From Macrostomum lignano (Eukaryota): 64,000 nt of DNA. The notes under the pieces were generated by a model. The model saw nothing but the letters and a program-made list of their open reading frames with translations, was not told where the DNA came from and searched no databases. The translations under genes were made by a program, and so were the position numbers. The DNA is taken from contig NIVC01001275.1 in the NCBI GenBank assembly GCA_002269645.1, positions 186,001 to 250,000 on the forward strand. Reading direction: 5' to 3'. Positions 59,536 to 64,000 of this stretch are shown here, piece by piece. The stretch's first letter is position 1, and each line of letters starts with the position of its first letter.

Positions 59536-60761
59536 TATCTCTCCTCCTCTCTCTACTCTCTCCCCTCTCCATTCTCCTCTTTCCTCTCCTCTCTCCTCTC
59601 ATCTCTGTAACCTCTCCTCTGTTCTCTCTACTCTCCCATCTTTTATCTGTTCACTCTCGTCTCTGCTCTCTCACCCCCCTCTTTAATCTGGAATCTCTGT
59701 CTTATATGTTCTCTCACCTCTCTCCTCTGTACTCTTTTCTTCCCCCTCTTTTGACTCCTCACTTTCCTTTCTCCTTTCTTCTTTTCTCTTCTCTTCCCTT
59801 TTCTATACTCTGTCTCCCTCTCTTCTCTCACTCCACTCTCCTCTCTCCGTTATCTCTCATCTCTCATTTCTCATCTCTCCTTCCACATCTCTCATCTCTA
59901 CAACCTTAGAGATGTAGAGATGTATCTTTATCTCTTCTCTCTTCCCTTTACTCTCTCATCTCTTCTTTCACCTGTTTCCTCTCTGCTCTCCTCTCTGCTG
60001 TCTCCTCTCTCCTCTCATCTGCAGCTCTCTGCTCTCTCCTGGCCCATCTCTCTTTCTCCTCTAATCTCTCCCCTGTTTCCTCTCCTCTCTCGTCCTTTCT
60101 CCTCTTTCCCCGTCCTCTCGGTTCTCTCCCCTCTCCTCCTCTCTCCTCACTCACTTCTCTCTCCCTTGTCTCCCCTCTCATCTCTTATTTCTATCCTTTT
60201 TTCTCTCCACTCTCCCATCTCTCGTCTGTTCACTCTCGTCTCTGGTCTCTCATCTCCCCTCTCTCATCTGCCATCTTTACTCTCTTATACTCGTATGTTT
60301 TCTCACCTCTCTCATCTGTACTCTTCTCTTCCCCTCTTTTGACTCCTCTTTTTCCTTTCTCCTTTTTCCCTTCTCTTCTCTTCCCTCTTCTATTCTCTCC
60401 CTCTCTTGTCTTCTCTCTTCTCTCTTCACTCTCCTCTCTCCTCTCATATTTCGCGTTCACTCTCATCTTTGCTCTCTACCCCCACTCTCTTCTGTCATCT
60501 TTACTCTCCACTCTCCTGTGTACACTTCTCTTTCCCCTCTACTGAATCCTCTCTTCTTACTCCTCTTCTCTTCCCTCTTCTATACTCTCTCCCCTCTATT
60601 CTCTTCTCTTGTCTCTGCACTCTGCTCTCTCTTCCTTCATCTCTCATCTCTACTCTCTCATCTTTCCTTTCATCTCTCTCATCTCCACAATCTCATCTAT
60701 TTCCTCTCTCCTCTTCTTCCCTTTACTCTATCATCTCTCCTTTCTCCTCTCTTCTTTCTCA

Positions 60762-60832
<71 letters not shown>

Positions 60833-61767
60833 TTTTATCTTCTCTCTTCTCACTCCTCTCTACCTCTCTCTCCCCTCCTATCTCCTCTCTGTTCTCTATT
60901 CTCTTCTCACTCTTCTCTACTCTCCTCTCTCATCGATCCTCTGTCTCATCTCTCCCCTCTTCTCTCTTCCTCTTCTCTCCTCTACTCTTTCCTCTCCCTC
61001 CTGTCTCCCCTCCTCCTCCCATATTCTCTGCTCTCTCCTCGTCCTCACCCCACTCGTCTCTCCTGTTATCTTAATATATTCTCTCTTACCCCCCTCTCGC
61101 CCTTCCTCTCTTTCTAATAGTCTATTCATTTTCTTTTTCACTCTCATCTGGCCCGCAGCCATGAGTTGGATTCTTTATCTGGCCTTGAGTTAAAAATCTA
61201 CCGATCCCTGCTTCGAAAGCCAGTTTGTGGGACGGTACTATCATGGTTATCATTTCTCATGCTTTAATCACGTCACCTTTCTGGCCAATTAGCAGCCCTG
61301 AGAGGAATTTGTGTATCTCCAGCTCCACCACCACAGTCTGCACTCTGCAGCAGTCTAACAACCAAGGAAATACGCATTTCTTAGGAGTCATTTAAATTTT
61401 AAAGTTACCCTATGCGAAACTTAATGTTAAAAGCTTCATGGTGTAACTAATTTAGTAGGATTGCATTGTAATCAGTTATTCATTAATTTTTCGATATTTT
61501 TACAAACCATCCCACATCGCCTTGGTTTGCCATCCTTGTTTAACTGCTGCAGACTTGTCTATTCAGAGGACAGTGGTTTGAAATTGAATCTCTCGCTAAA
61601 CTCTCTCCTCTCCACGCCTCTCCACTCGCGGGGGTACAGAGAAGGCTATTAAAAAGTTATTCCAAAACACTGTACATTCGCTATGTACATTCAGTTCTTT
61701 CGCCTGACCCTTCGTCTGAGCTGGGGGAATGAGTGAGTGAGCGGCACAAACAACAGAAAAAGCAGAC
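58794..61767 (-). mobile_element. 5'-truncated inverted copy of the 51371-53932 Helitron, with an expanded CT-rich core
   Basis: Reverse complement aligns by eye to 51977-53932 with many substitutions and ends in CTTG|T at 58794. Confidence 0.75.
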
Positions 61768-62021
61768 GAATCCATAAAAATATCCCCATTCACAATCCCT
61801 ATTTCCATGGCAACGCAGGTGATCCACGCCTACACGGCCCAGCACCAGGACGAGCTGACCCTCCACATCGGCGACGTGATCCGCGTCACCAACCGCAACC
61901 TCAGCGACGACGGCTGGTGGCAGGGCGAGCTGCACGGCCAGGTCGGCGTGTTCCCCGACAACTTTGTTGAGCCCTGCTCCGCCTCGGCTGCCGCGCCTGC
62001 CCGACAGGCCGCCTCCTCGAC
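61768..62021 (+). other. duplicated fragment of the SH3 gene (intron-1 3' end plus the SH3-2 part of exon 2)
   Basis: Identical as far as read to 57029-57282 (offset 4739). Gives an 82-aa ORF at 61807-62055. Confidence 0.93.
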
Positions 62022-63396
62022 ACGCGAAGCGCGTGTCCTTGGGTTTGTGGGGTGAGCGGAGCGAACGCGCGAGGCACAAAGTGCCGAGCATGAGGAACAA
62101 ACAGCCAGCCAATGCGCGAAGCGCATTGGGTGGTCTGGCTTGTGACGAATATAATAATATGAGACGTGTGCATCGAAAAAATGACAAGAAAAATCTCACA
62201 AAAACTGCTGTAACTTCAAAACTACAAGTGCGAATTTCACAAGTGAGGTGTCATTTTAAAGAGAAGAATCTGATCTATTTAACGAGTATAGTTTTGTATG
62301 GATTCACTGCGGAGAAAAGGAACAGGCTTCAGTTGAAATGTTTGTCTTAAGATTATGTCTTTACAAAAGTGCATTTCCTCATGCACATTAAAACTCGAGC
62401 TAAAAATGTTCGAGGGTTATAGGTGCGCCTTACTAAGATGCATAACATTATTGGGTTGTTTTTTTCAATTGTATCAAAAAGTTGGCACTTTGGTTGCAAA
62501 AAATGCAAAAATTGAAAATGTACTTTTACAGTTTTTTGCATTTTTTTCTATACTGCTAATAGTTAAGCATACATACTATGCACCAATTGATGCGCAATTC
62601 AAAGATACACAAGTGTGGAAGTTTTCAATTCTTAAACATTTGAAATCAGAAAGTTATCGACGAAAGACTAAAAATCATGATCTCAAACTGATTTGAGGAA
62701 AAGTGCTCATTATAATTTTTGGAATATGGAAGAAACAATTCAACGCCGTCATCTAATTCCAAACTAACTGTACTTTAAGGTACTGCGATGATTTTTTTAT
62801 TGAAAGAGCGAAACCTGTTTAAATATTTGAAAAAATGGAAAAAAAGTACCTTTTTTCATAGAAATACACTCTTTTGACTGCTTAATCCGATTTCCAACAA
62901 CAAAATAGTTGCTTTCCTGCTGGTGCAAACCGTTATTAGGGTGAATTTTCAAAATTGCATACTGTGCCAAAAGTAAACTGAAGCTTAATATTTATAAACA
63001 TTAGAAACGGGACCACTAATGGGTATTTTACTTTGGTTACTTACTATGGACTAAACTGGCACTGGCAGAGACAGATTTGAGAGAAACTAATTGCTCCATT
63101 GTATTTGTATTTGGCTCCAGCGTTACAAATTACAATAGCTATTTCGGGGTCTAACCGGCTAAGTTATCAAAAAAGCTAGATACCAATCACCAGTTTCATC
63201 ATCAGCTATACCTACCACGATTTTATAGTCACATGCAACAGTAATACCCTCCTTTAAAAGTTTTCAATATCTAAAATGATGTGTTAAATTTTATAAAATT
63301 TCATAAACAGTGAAATTTTAGCTGTTTACGTGCTGGTGGTTTGAACGTAGCTACTTTGTGCGAAAATACACTGTCATTAATACCGTACCTATTATT
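62020..63396 (+). repeat. direct duplication of 47466-48842
   Basis: Constant offset of 14554. The ORF-track translations are identical (47799/62353, 47801/62355). The left breakpoint lies in the 47449-47497 palindrome. Confidence 0.93.
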
Positions 63397-64000
63397 CTCT
63401 CTCTCTTGCTTCCCCTCTCTCTCTCTCTGCTCCCCCTCTCTCTCTGCTTTCTCTCTCTGTCCCCCTCTCTCTCTGCTTCCCCCCCTCTCTCTCTGCTTCC
63501 CCCCTCTCTCTCTCTGCTTCTCTCTCTCTGCTTCCCCCCTCTCTCTCTGCCCCCCCTCTCTCTCTGCTTCCCCCCTCTCTCTGCTTCCCCTCTCTCTCTC
63601 GCTCTTCTCTCTGCTTCTCTCTCTCTCTCTGCTTCCCCCTCTCTCTCTGCCCCCTCTCTCTCTGCTTCCCCCTCTCTCTCTCTGCCCCCCTCTCTCTCTC
63701 TGCTCTCTCTCTCTGCTCCCTCTCTCTCTGCTGCTTCTCTCTCTCTCTCTGCTTCCCCTCTCTCTCTCTGCTTCCCCCTCTCTCTCTCTCTCTGCTTCCC
63801 CTCTCTCTCTCTCTGCTTCCCCCCTCTCTCTCTGCTTACCCCTCTCTCTCTGCTTCCCCCTCTCTCTCTCTCTGCTTCCCCCTTCTCTCTCTCTGCTTCC
63901 CCCTCTCTCTCTCTGCTTCCCCCCTCTCTCTCTGCTTCCCCCCTCTCTCTGCTTCCCCCCTCTCTCTCTGCTTCCCCCCTCTCTCTTATCTCTCCTCTCC
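63397..64000. repeat. pyrimidine-rich microsatellite-derived repeat (ctctctctctgcttcccc)n
   Basis: Visible periodic CT/C-run pattern to the window end. Confidence 0.9.

Noticed and set aside
52592-61193. Leu/Ser-rich and Arg/Glu-rich ORFs in CT/GA tracts
   Set aside because: Translations of microsatellite-like DNA inside Helitron copies

Overview
Eukaryotic (animal) genomic DNA with GC-rich exons, short GT-AG introns and many private minisatellites. This style suggests a free-living flatworm such as Macrostomum, but that is inference only. I could reconstruct seven protein-coding genes by eye: an orphan acidic disordered protein (-, one apparent frameshift); a KChIP-type EF-hand protein (+); four co-oriented minus-strand genes (FAU/RPS30, D2HGDH, an ABIN/TNIP-like UBAN + NZF ubiquitin adaptor, GPATCH1) that form a candidate operon; and a CD2AP/CIN85-like 2xSH3 + coiled-coil gene (+). 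The right half (36-64 kb) is a transposon island. It holds decayed Pif1/Helitron, MULE and Merlin transposase relics, several non-autonomous Helitrons, a hAT MITE and a long GCGAAGC-capped palindrome. It also holds a recent-looking chimera at 61.8-63.4 kb that joins a Helitron end, a duplicated SH3 exon piece and a duplicated 1.4-kb local segment. All alignments and translations were done by eye and no database searches were run.
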